A DNA stretch of 64,000 nucleotides. It comes from Candidatus Latescibacterota bacterium (lineage in GTDB: Bacteria; Latescibacterota; UBA2968; GCA-2709665). Within the stretch, counting starts at the first letter, position 1; each line of letters starts with the position of its first letter. A program made the translations under genes and the position numbers. The stretch covers positions 1,984,001 through 2,048,000 of the forward strand of contig OZ241917.1 of the NCBI GenBank assembly GCA_965203805.1, given 5' to 3'. The notes beneath the pieces are model-generated. The model worked only from the letters and a program-made list of their open reading frames with translations, had not been told where the DNA came from and ran no database searches. Shown piece after piece: positions 10,602-21,083 of the stretch.

Positions 10602-10735
10602 TGTGTACCTCCTGGCCTGCGGCATTGGGTTACCATTTCTTTTCGCCATCATTACATCCTAATTAATACTGAACAAATGAGCAGTTGTCAAGACGAGTAG
10701 AAGCGTTATATATGAACTACAACGATTCTGACCTT

Positions 10736-10873
10736 GATTCGTCAATTTCCGGTGACGTTAAATCGAATATACGCAAGTTGATAAAGGCGATTCGACATCG
10801 GAGTTCCAGGAACGTTCAGGTCACTGGACGTGATCGGAAAAAATGTGCTTCCGGACGACCCTTTCGGCCCGTT
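10736..10873. repeat. Dispersed intergenic element, copy 1
   Basis: About 84% identical by eye to 27455-27590, same orientation. Confidence 0.85.
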
Positions 10874-11229
10874 GAGGAAATAACTGCCGGGTCACGGCGT
10901 TACGACACATGCCGTATCGCACGGATGCTCTATGTGCTTTTTGTGGCCAATTATACGGTTATCTTTTTTCGAATTGAGTCCCCATCTATCGGGCGATGCC
11001 GGAAAACTGCCATGCGCTCGTGAAATAACTTTACCCATGCTCACGTTCTCACATATATTGGGTGGCCGCCGTTGCTTCCGGCAGGGCGGAAAACCACTTT
11101 GAAAGGAGACGGGTTCGGCGCGCGTCAGTCGAAGTGGCAGGCCGATCGGCTCCGGCGCAGCCGTTGTCCGGCAAAGAAAACGAGTTTTCTAATCGGTATC
11201 GAAACGCTTTTTTTTCAAGGAGATATGCT

Positions 11230-12750
11230 ATGTTCAAAGGGAGTCTCCGTACAAGCTGCCTCCCGCTGGTCGCGGGTCTCGTCCTGGGCTGCGGCGCCGA
11301 CCGTCTCACGACGCCGCAGGATGCTCAGACGAATGGAAACGTTCGGCAGCCGTTGGCCAAACTGTCGGCGAACGGGCAGACGCCGCAGGCTGTGGTCGTC
11401 GCCCGCCTTAGACAGGCCGGCGCTCCTGTAAGCGGCGCCACCGTGGCGTTCGCCCGCTCGATTTCAGGAAGGGGCGCCACCTACGAGTGGACCGGCGCGA
11501 CCGATGGACGCGGGCAGGCGCGAGTGGCGGTCGGAGAAACGCAGACGGGCGGATACTATCGCGCGCAGGCACGCAAGAACGGAGTCCCTATAGGGTCGTG
11601 GTCCAGCATCCCGATAAACCGCAGCGTCCAGGTCACAGTTGAACTGCCTGTCGGCGAGAAGGCACGCGTCACGGGCTCAATCGGACTGACTCCGGGCGGT
11701 CTCCCCGCAGAAATCCCGATTGGCGTGGTTGCGCCCTTTACGGTCAGTCAGACCCAATACGGTGCGGGCATTGTCAGCGGCCTGACACTTGCACTCGAAG
11801 AGATCAACGGCACATCGACGCTCGGGGGCGCGAATATCGTCTTCAAGAGAGAGGACTCCCGCGGCATGGCGCAGGGTGCCGTTGACGCGTTCAACAAACT
11901 GATTTTTCACGATTACGTCCCCGTCATCCTCGGTCCCGCCCTCTCCACCGAAGCCAAAGCCGCATTTCCTGTCGCACAGCAGAACCAGGTTGTCGCCTTC
12001 AGTACAACCTCTGCCGCGTCGGGACTGAGCGCAATTGGCGACTTTATCTTTCGTGCGAGTCTCAGTGTAGACGTGCTCATCCCTGGCGGGGTCGCCACGA
12101 CACGCGAAAAACTGGGATACCGCAGGGTCGCCCTTCTGGTGGACTCCACCGACGTCTATTCCCGCAGCAGCGACGACGCGCTGCGTAGCGCCCTCACCGA
12201 AAACAACGTCGAGATCCTGACGACCGAGACCTTTGCGACTGACGATACCTCGTTTGTCGATCAACTTGACAGAATCAGCGGCCTGAATCCCGATGCCGTT
12301 TTTGTTTCCGCCCTGTCCCGGCAACGCATTCAGATTCAGGTCCATGCCCGACGCCAGGGCATCGCTGCCAACATTCCCTTTATCGTGCCCGGGTTGACTC
12401 AGGAGGAAGTTCGGGATGCCGGCGATGCCGCCGAGGGTGCGATCGCCTTTACCGGCTGGACGGCCACGTCAACCACACCCGGGAATCACTCCTTCGTGGA
12501 GAATTACAGGTCGCGATTCGACGCTGAACCGAATCGGTGGGCTGCGCAGTCATACGCCGCGCTTTATGTTCTTTCAGAAGCAATTGCAAATGCCGGGTCC
12601 CCGGATCCCGGCGCCATACGCGAAGCGATGGCCGCCATCACGGACCTGGACACCGTTCTCGGTCAATTCTCGTTCGACCGCAACGGGGACGCAGTCTACG
12701 ATCCGGTCGTACTGGTCGTGAGAAACGGTGAGTTCGAGGATTTCGAGTGA
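11230..12750 (+). CDS. Lipoprotein: shared N-terminal beta-domain + LivJ-like (PBP type 1) substrate-binding domain
   Basis: Lipobox-like LVLGC; C-terminal IPIGVVAP...G..LALEEIN...EDS.G...A...F.KLI...ILGP, ending G.FSFD.NGD. Confidence 0.85.
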   Translation: MFKGSLRTSCLPLVAGLVLGCGADRLTTPQDAQTNGNVRQPLAKLSANGQTPQAVVVARLRQAGAPVSGATVAFARSISGRGATYEWTGATDGRGQARVAVGETQTGGYYRAQARKNGVPIGSWSSIPINRSVQVTVELPVGEKARVTGSIGLTPGGLPAEIPIGVVAPFTVSQTQYGAGIVSGLTLALEEINGTSTLGGANIVFKREDSRGMAQGAVDAFNKLIFHDYVPVILGPALSTEAKAAFPVAQQNQVVAFSTTSAASGLSAIGDFIFRASLSVDVLIPGGVATTREKLGYRRVALLVDSTDVYSRSSDDALRSALTENNVEILTTETFATDDTSFVDQLDRISGLNPDAVFVSALSRQRIQIQVHARRQGIAANIPFIVPGLTQEEVRDAGDAAEGAIAFTGWTATSTTPGNHSFVENYRSRFDAEPNRWAAQSYAALYVLSEAIANAGSPDPGAIREAMAAITDLDTVLGQFSFDRNGDAVYDPVVLVVRNGEFEDFE

Positions 12751-12779
12751 GGTGAACGAACCACAGGAGGAGGAGAACG

Positions 12780-13604
12780 ATGCGCGAGATGCGGGTTGGC
12801 GTCATGATGAGCGCCGGTTGGACACTGGAACAACTCCGGCAGGTGCGGAATCTGGGCTTCGACAACGTACAGATTCACGCCCCGGCCGAGGACGTCCTGG
12901 CGGACAGACGTCGAAGTACCGGTCTGATCCGGGACATTCATTCCGAAGGCGTTGAAATCACTACGGTCTTCGCGGGGTTTTCAGGGGAGAATTACGCCGA
13001 CATTCCAACCGTCAAGGAAACTGTCGGGTACCTCAATCCATCTCTGCGTGAGGAACGCATCGAAATTACCCGGCGGATTTCCGACTTCGCAAATGCGCTT
13101 GGCGTTGACAAGGTAGCCGCGCACATCGGCTTCGTCCCGGAAGATCCGGATCACGCCGATCACCATGCGATGATTGAATGTGTCGGAAGGCTGGCAGACT
13201 ATTGCGGCCGTAACGGACAGGACTTCTGTCTGGAAACCGGTCAGGAAACCGCTGCCGCTCTGCGCCACTTTCTCGAAACGCTGAATCGCGACAATGTCGG
13301 CGTAAACTTCGACCCGGCCAATATGGTCCTTTACGGAAGTGGAGAACCCATTCAGGCCCTCGATGTGGTGGCCGACTACGTCGTCAGCGTCCACGCGAAA
13401 GACGGTAAGTGGCCTCAGGGCGAGGGCCAGCTCGGTCGAGAGTTTCCCCTCGGTCAGGGGGACGTCGGGATGGATCGTTTCATTGCCAAACTGAAACAGA
13501 TCGGATACCTCGGTCCCGTCACGATGGAACGTGAAATCCCGGATTGGGACCAGAAGGTGAGGGACCTGGTCCAGGGCAAAGAGCTCCTCGAAAGCCTGAT
13601 TTAG
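12780..13604 (+). CDS. Sugar phosphate isomerase/epimerase (xylose-isomerase-like TIM barrel)
   Basis: LETGQE, NFDPANMVLYG, VHAKD, G.GDV, TMERE; GGAGGAG RBS. Confidence 0.9.
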   Translation: MREMRVGVMMSAGWTLEQLRQVRNLGFDNVQIHAPAEDVLADRRRSTGLIRDIHSEGVEITTVFAGFSGENYADIPTVKETVGYLNPSLREERIEITRRISDFANALGVDKVAAHIGFVPEDPDHADHHAMIECVGRLADYCGRNGQDFCLETGQETAAALRHFLETLNRDNVGVNFDPANMVLYGSGEPIQALDVVADYVVSVHAKDGKWPQGEGQLGREFPLGQGDVGMDRFIAKLKQIGYLGPVTMEREIPDWDQKVRDLVQGKELLESLI

Positions 13605-13628
13605 CCGGCAGTCGCCGGACCTCGCACG

Positions 13629-13711
13629 CAGAAACGCCCTCTCTTCGCAGGGTCACCTTTTGGCGGGAGGGAAGGTCCAAAAGGAAAACAACGGTAGAAA
13701 GGGCGTCTCTG
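13629..13711 (-). ncRNA. Candidate ~80-nt hairpin small RNA (alternatively a terminator between convergent genes)
   Basis: 15-16 bp outer stem whose G-U pairs work only on the minus strand, 8-bp inner stem, loop ACCUUCCCUCCCG; TATAAT 5 nt upstream of the AGAG 5' arm. Confidence 0.4.
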
Positions 13712-13887
13712 TGATATTATACGTCTGCGCAACGCCAAAGTTTCAATCGGAAAGGCGTCTGCTTCAGCGGTAAGACTGCCGGCTACAGGCCGGGTACAAG
13801 AACCGGGCCGGGCCGATCCATCCCGCATCGGAAAATCACGATCGGTACCTCTGGGAGCCGTGCACGTGTTCGGTCGCCCTCGCCGCC

Positions 13888-14778
13888 TCAGAAGTACTTT
13901 CCGACACCGATTGAAAGCGAGAATCCACTCAGGTCTCCGGGATTGCCCAGCGCATCGGAAAAGCGAGCCAGGGTGTAGCGTCCGTCGGTCGTTACGGCCA
14001 GGTTCCCGTGCTCTCCGAACCGAACGCTGCACCCGGAGAGAACATAACCGCCGAGGGTGAGTGAAATATCAGGGAATCCGCCTATCGGTCCCCCAAACTG
14101 CGTTATTCCCACATTGATGCCTCTATATCCTCCCGCAGACCCCGTCCCGAAGCCCAGTTCGCCCGTGGTGTAGCCCCCGTAACCGCCGCGATGGTCGTAT
14201 CGAACAAAAGGTCCGGCGCCGAAACCGACGTGAGGCACGATTCGTCTCTTCACCCCGAATTGCCGCAGCAAGCCAACGGGCATCGATATGAGGGTTACGC
14301 GCTGCACCCCGGGACGCAGATGCTCGCCGAGCTTCTGCGAAGCCTGAAGCGGTCCGTACGTCATATATTCGTTTGCCGCGATCAGCCGCAGTACCGGTGA
14401 GAGCCGCCGGTCGTACCCCAACCGGAATCCGAAGCCGCCGGTGGCGCTGGAGAAATACAGGCTCAATCCGTTCAACGCTCTCAGACTGTTCCGAGGCCGG
14501 AGAATATCACCCTGATTTGCGTCTTCCGTCCACCGGACGGGACGAACCAGGTTTGCCGGAACGCCCGACCTTCCGAACCCTGTCGTCACCGGCGGCGTGA
14601 AATCCGGACCGATCCACGGCATCTCGGCATCGGTCGGGACGCTGTGCCCGCCCGGCAGGACACAGGCCCCCATGCCGACCCCGGGCAGCGTCCGTTCCGG
14701 AGGCGGCCCCTCCGCCGCGAGAGAGGTCGCGGCCGCCACTGCCCCCAAACATGCGAGAATCGTCAGAGTACGTCTCAT
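13888..14778 (-). CDS. Secreted protein, probable outer-membrane beta-barrel
   Basis: Signal peptide, PHVGFGAGP, amphipathic strands, terminal FSLSIGVGKYF; ATG 14778 after GGAGG. Confidence 0.65.
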   Translation of the reverse strand: MRRTLTILACLGAVAAATSLAAEGPPPERTLPGVGMGACVLPGGHSVPTDAEMPWIGPDFTPPVTTGFGRSGVPANLVRPVRWTEDANQGDILRPRNSLRALNGLSLYFSSATGGFGFRLGYDRRLSPVLRLIAANEYMTYGPLQASQKLGEHLRPGVQRVTLISMPVGLLRQFGVKRRIVPHVGFGAGPFVRYDHRGGYGGYTTGELGFGTGSAGGYRGINVGITQFGGPIGGFPDISLTLGGYVLSGCSVRFGEHGNLAVTTDGRYTLARFSDALGNPGDLSGFSLSIGVGKYF

Positions 14779-14849
14779 AATGCACCTCCGAGGAAATGAC
14801 CGGCGCGAACAGGGCCGGACGTTGAACCGTACTTCTGCACCGAACATGC

Positions 14850-16016
14850 CTACGGTGTAATCACCAGGATCCGATCGTCGTCGGTGCGCGGCTGACCTCG
14901 ACCGTCCCGGTTGCTGGTGGCCAGGTACACCTCGCCGTCGGGACCCACCAGCACATCCCTGAGGCGGCCGAACCTGCCGTTGAACCGGTCGTCCCTCGCC
15001 GTGGCGCGCCGGCCGTCTGCAGACAGAGAAATGACCCAGAGCGCCTGCCCCTTCAACGTGGTAAAGAGAAGACTCCCCTTCCAGGCCGGTATCAGGTCCT
15101 CATTATAGACGTCCGCACCGGCGGGCGCGATCGTCGGCGTCCACGCGGCGAGCGGTTCCACCACATTGTTGGACGTGCAGAACGCGGTCTCGCCCGACAG
15201 GACGTCATTATCGCAAAATCCGCGCGCGCCCGGCCAGCCATAATTCCGCCCGGGCAGAATCAGGTTGACTTCGTCGTTATCGAGGGGCCCGTGCTCCGTG
15301 CTGTATAGCAAGCCGGTCGCAGGGTGAAATACAAGTCCCTGGGCATTCCGGTGTCCAAAGGAATAGACCGCTGTGCCGAAAGGATTGTGCTGCGCGGGCC
15401 GACCTTCGAGGTCCAGCCGCAGGACCTTTCCCGCCAGTGAATTCAGATCCTGCGAAAGCGAGGGCAATTGCGCGTCACCGGTCGTAAGGTAGAGCAAATT
15501 GTCCGGGCCCACCGCGATCCGGGATCCGTCGTGGTTCGGCGCGCCCGGGATGCCGTTCAGCAGGATTTCGGGTTGCCCCAGTGCCGTTCCGTCATAACTC
15601 ATCCGCACGAGACGATTCTCAATGCCATCGCCCGTCCGGTAGGAATAAACCGCATAGACATAGGGCTGTTGATGAAATTCCGGGTGGAACGCAATCCCCA
15701 TCAACCCGCTTTCGCTCAGTTCGAAGGCGTCAATTCGACCCGCCTCCGTTACTGCGCCCGACTCCGTATCCACGCGGGACAACGTGCCGTTTCGCTCGCT
15801 TACCCAGATATATCCATCAGGTCCCCAGGCCAGGTCCCACGGCGTATCCAGACCGGTTGCCAGCGTCTGCACCGTAAAACCATCCACCGTGTCGTCGGCT
15901 GCCGACCCGACCCCGTTATCGGTCGACGGATCTCCCGGTTGGGAGTCGTTCGCGCCTCTTCCACAACCAGCAACCGCGAACATTACGAGCAATGCCGCCG
16001 TGACGAGGTGTGCCAC
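14850..16016 (-). CDS. PQQ-dependent sugar dehydrogenase (glucose/sorbosone family) lipoprotein
   Basis: GLDTPWDLAW.PDG, HDGSRI..GPD..LY.TTGD, GHRNAQG, EHGP...DEVN, GRNYGWP, GRLRDV..GPDG. Confidence 0.92.
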   Translation of the reverse strand: MAHLVTAALLVMFAVAGCGRGANDSQPGDPSTDNGVGSAADDTVDGFTVQTLATGLDTPWDLAWGPDGYIWVSERNGTLSRVDTESGAVTEAGRIDAFELSESGLMGIAFHPEFHQQPYVYAVYSYRTGDGIENRLVRMSYDGTALGQPEILLNGIPGAPNHDGSRIAVGPDNLLYLTTGDAQLPSLSQDLNSLAGKVLRLDLEGRPAQHNPFGTAVYSFGHRNAQGLVFHPATGLLYSTEHGPLDNDEVNLILPGRNYGWPGARGFCDNDVLSGETAFCTSNNVVEPLAAWTPTIAPAGADVYNEDLIPAWKGSLLFTTLKGQALWVISLSADGRRATARDDRFNGRFGRLRDVLVGPDGEVYLATSNRDGRGQPRTDDDRILVITP

Positions 16017-16085
16017 CGTTGCCAGCCTCCGTTCGTGAATAGCGCAAACCGACTCACGGCCGGATGCTTGTTGATTCGGTCAACT

Positions 16086-19000
16086 CTAGAACAACCCGGT
16101 GAAGTCTATCGAGAAATACTGCTTGGGATGGACTGTTTCCGCGAAATCCGTTGGCCATGCCAGGTCGTAGCGGAACAAAAAGGCGCCGAGATTGGCTCGA
16201 ACACCGAATCCGTATCCCGCTTTCAGATCCCGGAGTTCAAAACCACCGTCCCGCGCTTCCCACGGTTCGAAGCTGTCTCGATCGAACGCACTCCCTACAT
16301 CCATGAATAATTCGCCCTGGACGTTCTGGAAGAAGAGCGGCAATGGCCAACCCATTGCCAACTGCCGGATCAGCGGAAAGCGAAAAGCGACATTGGCCAG
16401 CAGGAACGAGTCTCCGGCCATCTCGAATACATCGGCGCCGCGCAGCGGCCAGACAAAACTGGAGAAAAATACGCGTTCCCGGTCGACGGACGCGAATGTG
16501 GCGTAATTCGGATTGATGGAATTGTTCACGCCGCCGAGGAAAAAGACCTGGCTGTTCCGGCCGAAACTGGTCCCTCCTGACATGCGGATCGCAAACGTGT
16601 ATTCCTCCAGCATCGGGACATATTTGCGGTAGTCGGCCTGCACCGTGCCGTACCGCATCCCCGCCCAACTGCCTCTGAGAGACAACCTCGCCCGCCTTCC
16701 CTTTATCGGGCCGAACTGGGAATACAACGCATTGTCTTCGACGAGGTCCAGACTGTTAATTACGGCCCAATTGTCGGAAACGGGCGTTCCACTGCCGCGG
16801 ATGACCCTGCCCGTATAGCCGGCGCGAAGGTATTGACTTTGATAGGAGCCGAGATTCTCGCGTGAAATGTTGATCCCCTGCATACTCGTCTCAAGTCGTG
16901 TAAACCGGTTGAACGGGCGCTGGAACACAGCCCCGCCGCCGTAGATCCTGTCGGCAACGATCTGACCGTTCGATATGAAGAAGTTTCGAGTGTGCAGCGC
17001 ATTCAGGTAATAGTTGGTCTGGTGTTTGAGGTTCTGGTATCCAACGAAAAGGTCGCTGTCTTTGAGGGAGAAGCTCAACCCGGTTCTGATCAGGATTCGG
17101 TGGTCGCCCATCACGTCGGTCAGCGACAGATGGAGCAGGCTGCTGACACCGTAGAAGGTGTCGAAGCCCGCGTTGGCGCCTAAGGACTCGGGTTTGAGTT
17201 TCACGCGGTATTTGTTGATCGTGAACGCCTTGTTCCAGTCTCGCAGCGTCAGTTCCCTGTCGCCGTCGGTCTCCAGGCTGTCGCCGTTGGCAGCCTCCCC
17301 GTCGTCGGCGCCGCGCGCTTCGGCGGCCGCCAGCGCCATCTGGTCCGACATCCACGTCTCCACCTTCCGGTCCGCCGTCGCCGCCGACGTGTCAGCCTCT
17401 GCCGCTGCGGCCACGACCGCGCTGTCGGGCGCCGCCCCGCCGTCCGCGGCTTCCTGCCTGCGTTCCTTCTGCAACTCCACGAACGGCCGGTCTTCGATGC
17501 CCGCCAGCCGCTTCGCGTAACGCGTCAGCGGCAGGTCCTCCATCCCGCGCTTCTGCTTCGGCGGGTCCTTCATCACGAAGATGTCATAGCCCCCGCGGTG
17601 AAACGTCGTGAACGCCAGCTTCTTCCCGTCCGCGCTCCAGTCGATATACCGCGCGCCCGACAGCAGATTGCTGATCGGATACATCTGCGACCCGTCCACG
17701 TGCGCGATGTAGATGTTGCCCACCCCCGTCCTGTCCGACACGAACGCCAGCGTCTTTGAGTCCGGCCCCCACGTGGGATGGCTGTCGTTCACCTCGCTTG
17801 ACACCACCTGCCGGATCTCGCTGCCGTCGGCGCGAAGCACGAACACGTCATACGTCCCGAACGTGAAGTCCTTCGACCCGTCGTATTCCAGATCCGCCAC
17901 GGGACGGTCCGAACTGATCGCGATCCACTCCCCGTCCGGCGACCAGTCCAGGTGCTTCTCGTCATACGGGTCACGCGTCATCCGCCGCAGACCCTCGTCC
18001 TCCACGTTCACCACATACACGTCCGACCACCCGTCCTTCAACCCCACGATCGCGATCTCTTTCCCGTCGGGCGACCACGTCGGCTCGAACAACCCGTCCA
18101 GATCGAACTTGAAACGCTTCGTCACCCGCTTCTTCCGCACGTCCAGCGTATACAATGTGTTCTTGTTGTGCGACTTCGCCGCAAACGCGATCTGCTTCCC
18201 GTCCGGCGACCACGTGATCCCCGGACGCAGCACGAACAACCCCTCGAAATCCGACGAACGCTCCCCCTCCACCAACCGGCCCAGATCCTGACCGTCGATC
18301 GCCGACATCAGATAGATGTCGAACGTCCCCTCACGCTCCGTCACATACGCGATCTTGTCGCCCTGTGGCGAAAACGACGGCGCGATATTGTAAAAACCCC
18401 GACCCGCGCCCGCCTCCGTCAACTGCTTCGCCACCTCCTCCGACGGATGGTGCAGGTTGATCTCGTTCCAATACTGACGCTTCAACCACAACTGCCACTT
18501 CTCGTCCAACTCCTCCACACCCTCGCCCACCGACGCCTTCAGCGCCTTGTCCACCGATCGCGCAGAACGAAACGACGAAATGAACTCCGCCACCTTGTCC
18601 CTGCCATACTCCTCCTCGATCATCACGAAGACCGACTGCCCACCCTTATACGCAAACGCGCCGCTCAACGACATCATCCCCGGCACATAGCCCGTGATCG
18701 TCGCGTGACGCATGAAATTGTCCGCCTCGCGGTCCCATCCCCCCTGCGATAAATACTCCGCCACTCCCTCCGCAATCCACAACGGCGGCAACGACGCCGT
18801 CTGCGTCATCATCGCGCCCAGCCACCCGCCGCCCGTCCACATCTCCAGCGTCACCACGTGCGCCAACTCGTGGTGGATCACATGACGGAAATCGCTATAC
18901 GATCCCGTATACGGGATCACCACGCGACCCTGCGCAAACTCCGTAAACCCGCCCGTGAACTCCGACTGCTCCGTCGGCGTGATGTTCGTCACCGAAAACC

Positions 19001-19280
19001 CGTTGTGAGAATTGTAGATCACAATCGGATACCGGTCCTTCAGCGTATACTTCAGATCCTTCTCCAATCGCACCAGCGCACGCTCCGCCTCCTTCGCCGC
19101 AAACTCCGCCGCAGGCTGCGACACCTTGTCGAAATAAATCTTGAAATGCTCCGTCTCCAGATAGTGCCAGTCGTAATCGTCATACGTTACCTTGTTCTTG
19201 CCGAAATACTCCTGACCCACTGCACTCCCGCACACGAAAAGACTGACGAGGATCCCTAACAGCAAACAGCGCCGGATCAT
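16086..19280 (-). CDS. Peptidase-MA-like + TolB/PD40 propeller + Omp85-like barrel protein
   Basis: QEYFGKNKV, HELAH and WIAEGVAEY, repeated WSPDG motifs, C-terminal AGYGFGVR.NLG.F.FRYDLAWP...FSIDFTGLF; ATG 19280 after AAGGAGG. Confidence 0.85.
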   Translation of the reverse strand: MIRRCLLLGILVSLFVCGSAVGQEYFGKNKVTYDDYDWHYLETEHFKIYFDKVSQPAAEFAAKEAERALVRLEKDLKYTLKDRYPIVIYNSHNGFSVTNITPTEQSEFTGGFTEFAQGRVVIPYTGSYSDFRHVIHHELAHVVTLEMWTGGGWLGAMMTQTASLPPLWIAEGVAEYLSQGGWDREADNFMRHATITGYVPGMMSLSGAFAYKGGQSVFVMIEEEYGRDKVAEFISSFRSARSVDKALKASVGEGVEELDEKWQLWLKRQYWNEINLHHPSEEVAKQLTEAGAGRGFYNIAPSFSPQGDKIAYVTEREGTFDIYLMSAIDGQDLGRLVEGERSSDFEGLFVLRPGITWSPDGKQIAFAAKSHNKNTLYTLDVRKKRVTKRFKFDLDGLFEPTWSPDGKEIAIVGLKDGWSDVYVVNVEDEGLRRMTRDPYDEKHLDWSPDGEWIAISSDRPVADLEYDGSKDFTFGTYDVFVLRADGSEIRQVVSSEVNDSHPTWGPDSKTLAFVSDRTGVGNIYIAHVDGSQMYPISNLLSGARYIDWSADGKKLAFTTFHRGGYDIFVMKDPPKQKRGMEDLPLTRYAKRLAGIEDRPFVELQKERRQEAADGGAAPDSAVVAAAAEADTSAATADRKVETWMSDQMALAAAEARGADDGEAANGDSLETDGDRELTLRDWNKAFTINKYRVKLKPESLGANAGFDTFYGVSSLLHLSLTDVMGDHRILIRTGLSFSLKDSDLFVGYQNLKHQTNYYLNALHTRNFFISNGQIVADRIYGGGAVFQRPFNRFTRLETSMQGINISRENLGSYQSQYLRAGYTGRVIRGSGTPVSDNWAVINSLDLVEDNALYSQFGPIKGRRARLSLRGSWAGMRYGTVQADYRKYVPMLEEYTFAIRMSGGTSFGRNSQVFFLGGVNNSINPNYATFASVDRERVFFSSFVWPLRGADVFEMAGDSFLLANVAFRFPLIRQLAMGWPLPLFFQNVQGELFMDVGSAFDRDSFEPWEARDGGFELRDLKAGYGFGVRANLGAFLFRYDLAWPTDFAETVHPKQYFSIDFTGLF

Positions 19281-19835
19281 AACTGACCTCCTTACCAGTG
19301 CCGGCGTTGGGGCGGCCGCTTCTTCCAGGCGGGAAACGGCGCCTATGGCGGTGGCGCGCCCACCCGACTCCCATCGGTTGGCGTATCTCAAGATCGTTCA
19401 AGGGCGATGGGGTGAGGGTCGGCCGCCGGGATTTTACCGCCCCCACCCCTGCTCCCGCACGACATCCGCGGGAAATACTCACATCGATAAACCGGATGTC
19501 ATTCGCTTCAGAGAAAGCGGTCGATCCATCCGTCGCACTACACCACTTAGAACGACAGTCCAGCCAAATCGTTCCCCCATTTTTTCCAGTGACATCCTCC
19601 CGGTCTTCCCTATATTAGCCGGCACGGTCGTCAGATCTCACACATACGGGTCTATGCCCTCAACCGGGTATCCCCTGAAGTATAATTGATGTACCACCCG
19701 GTGGACGGCACGCGAGAGCGCGCTACCGGACAGCTGGAAATCGAAATGTCGATCTGTCTGGCAATTTACGGCGCACCTAGGCATTAAATCGGACGCCGGC
19801 GCCAACGCCAGACAGCGCCACGGGAACCATAGTCG

Positions 19836-21023
19836 ATGGAAAAAATCAGAATCGGCATCCTCGGCCTGCGGCGGGGCATTGCTCATCTGCGCAACTTTCT
19901 GGCCGTGGAGCACGCCGACGTCGTGGCAGCGTGCGACCGCTTTCCCTATTACCGCGATCAGGCTCGCACCCTGTTGGAAGATCAGGACTCGTCGGCCGAA
20001 CTGCTGGGGGAATACGAAGACCTTCTCGAACGCAAACCCGACGCCGTGGTCGTCGCCAGTAACGGCAGGCTTCAGGTAGAACACGCCTGCATGGCACTCG
20101 AAGCCGGCTGCCACGTTCTTTCGGAAGTCCCGGGCGCGGACTCGGAACAGGAACTGATACGCCTTCGCGAGGCCGTGGAACGGACCGCACTGACCTACAT
20201 GCTCGCCGAAAACGCCTGTTACGCCGGTTTTGTGCCACTCTGGCGGAAGTGGATCCTCGAAGACCGCTTCGGGCCCGTCTCCATTGCAGAAGCCGAATAC
20301 CTCCACTACCTGCCGCAAACGCTCTTCACGCCGGACGGAAAACGTCTCTCGCCAAGCCAGGCGCGGTCTGGCGGCGGCGCGGATGCGAGGCCCATATGGC
20401 GAGCCGACCAGCCTCCGATCCAGTACCTTACTCACGACCTCGGCCCGCTGCTGGAAATTCTGGACGACCGCGCCGCTTCAGTGACCTGCCTGAGCGCCCC
20501 GTGGCGCAGCAGGGAAGCCCCATTGAGATCGGATGGGCAGATCGCGCTCTTCCATACGCAGAAGGGCACGCTGATCAAAATCATGGTAACCCTGAACACG
20601 ATCCGTCCGTCCGAACACCGCTACCGACTTTTCGGTACCGAAGGCAGCGCGGAGATGTTTTCGTACGAAAACTGCACCCGTTATTTCGACAACGGGGGCA
20701 GTGAAAAAGACGGATGGCGCGTTCTGCCGGTCAGCAGATCCGCCGTCGGCGATGCCACAGGCGGCCACGGAGGAACCGATCTGAAAGTCGCCCGGCACTT
20801 CACGGAGACCCTTCTGAACGGCCGTTCCTCTCCCATAGACGTCTACCGCGCCGTCGAATACGCGCTACCGGGAATCATCGCCGCCCGCTCGGCGGCAATG
20901 GGCGGCACTCCCATGGCGATCCCCGACCTGAGGCGGGAACCGTATTCGGGGACGGACTTCTGGGACACCCTGCAGATTCCGGAAACCGACCCGCCATCCA
21001 CTGTCTACCGGCCACCCCACTAA
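19836..21023 (+). CDS. Gfo/Idh/MocA-family oxidoreductase
   Basis: IRIGILGLRRG, DAVVVAS...H...ALEAG.HVLSEVP, YMLAEN, GGHGG.D. Confidence 0.9.
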   Translation: MEKIRIGILGLRRGIAHLRNFLAVEHADVVAACDRFPYYRDQARTLLEDQDSSAELLGEYEDLLERKPDAVVVASNGRLQVEHACMALEAGCHVLSEVPGADSEQELIRLREAVERTALTYMLAENACYAGFVPLWRKWILEDRFGPVSIAEAEYLHYLPQTLFTPDGKRLSPSQARSGGGADARPIWRADQPPIQYLTHDLGPLLEILDDRAASVTCLSAPWRSREAPLRSDGQIALFHTQKGTLIKIMVTLNTIRPSEHRYRLFGTEGSAEMFSYENCTRYFDNGGSEKDGWRVLPVSRSAVGDATGGHGGTDLKVARHFTETLLNGRSSPIDVYRAVEYALPGIIAARSAAMGGTPMAIPDLRREPYSGTDFWDTLQIPETDPPSTVYRPPH

Positions 21024-21083
21024 TCGACCCGCCTTCGATCCCGTCCGTCGCGACTCCGGCTGGCATTACATTATCGTTCAAAA

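Noticed and set aside
10747-10800. 18-aa minus-strand ORF in both repeat copies (MSNRLYQLAYIRFNVTGN / MSNRLFQIAYIRTDVPEK)
   Set aside because: All differences are non-synonymous, so there is no sign of coding selection; the similarity follows from DNA identity
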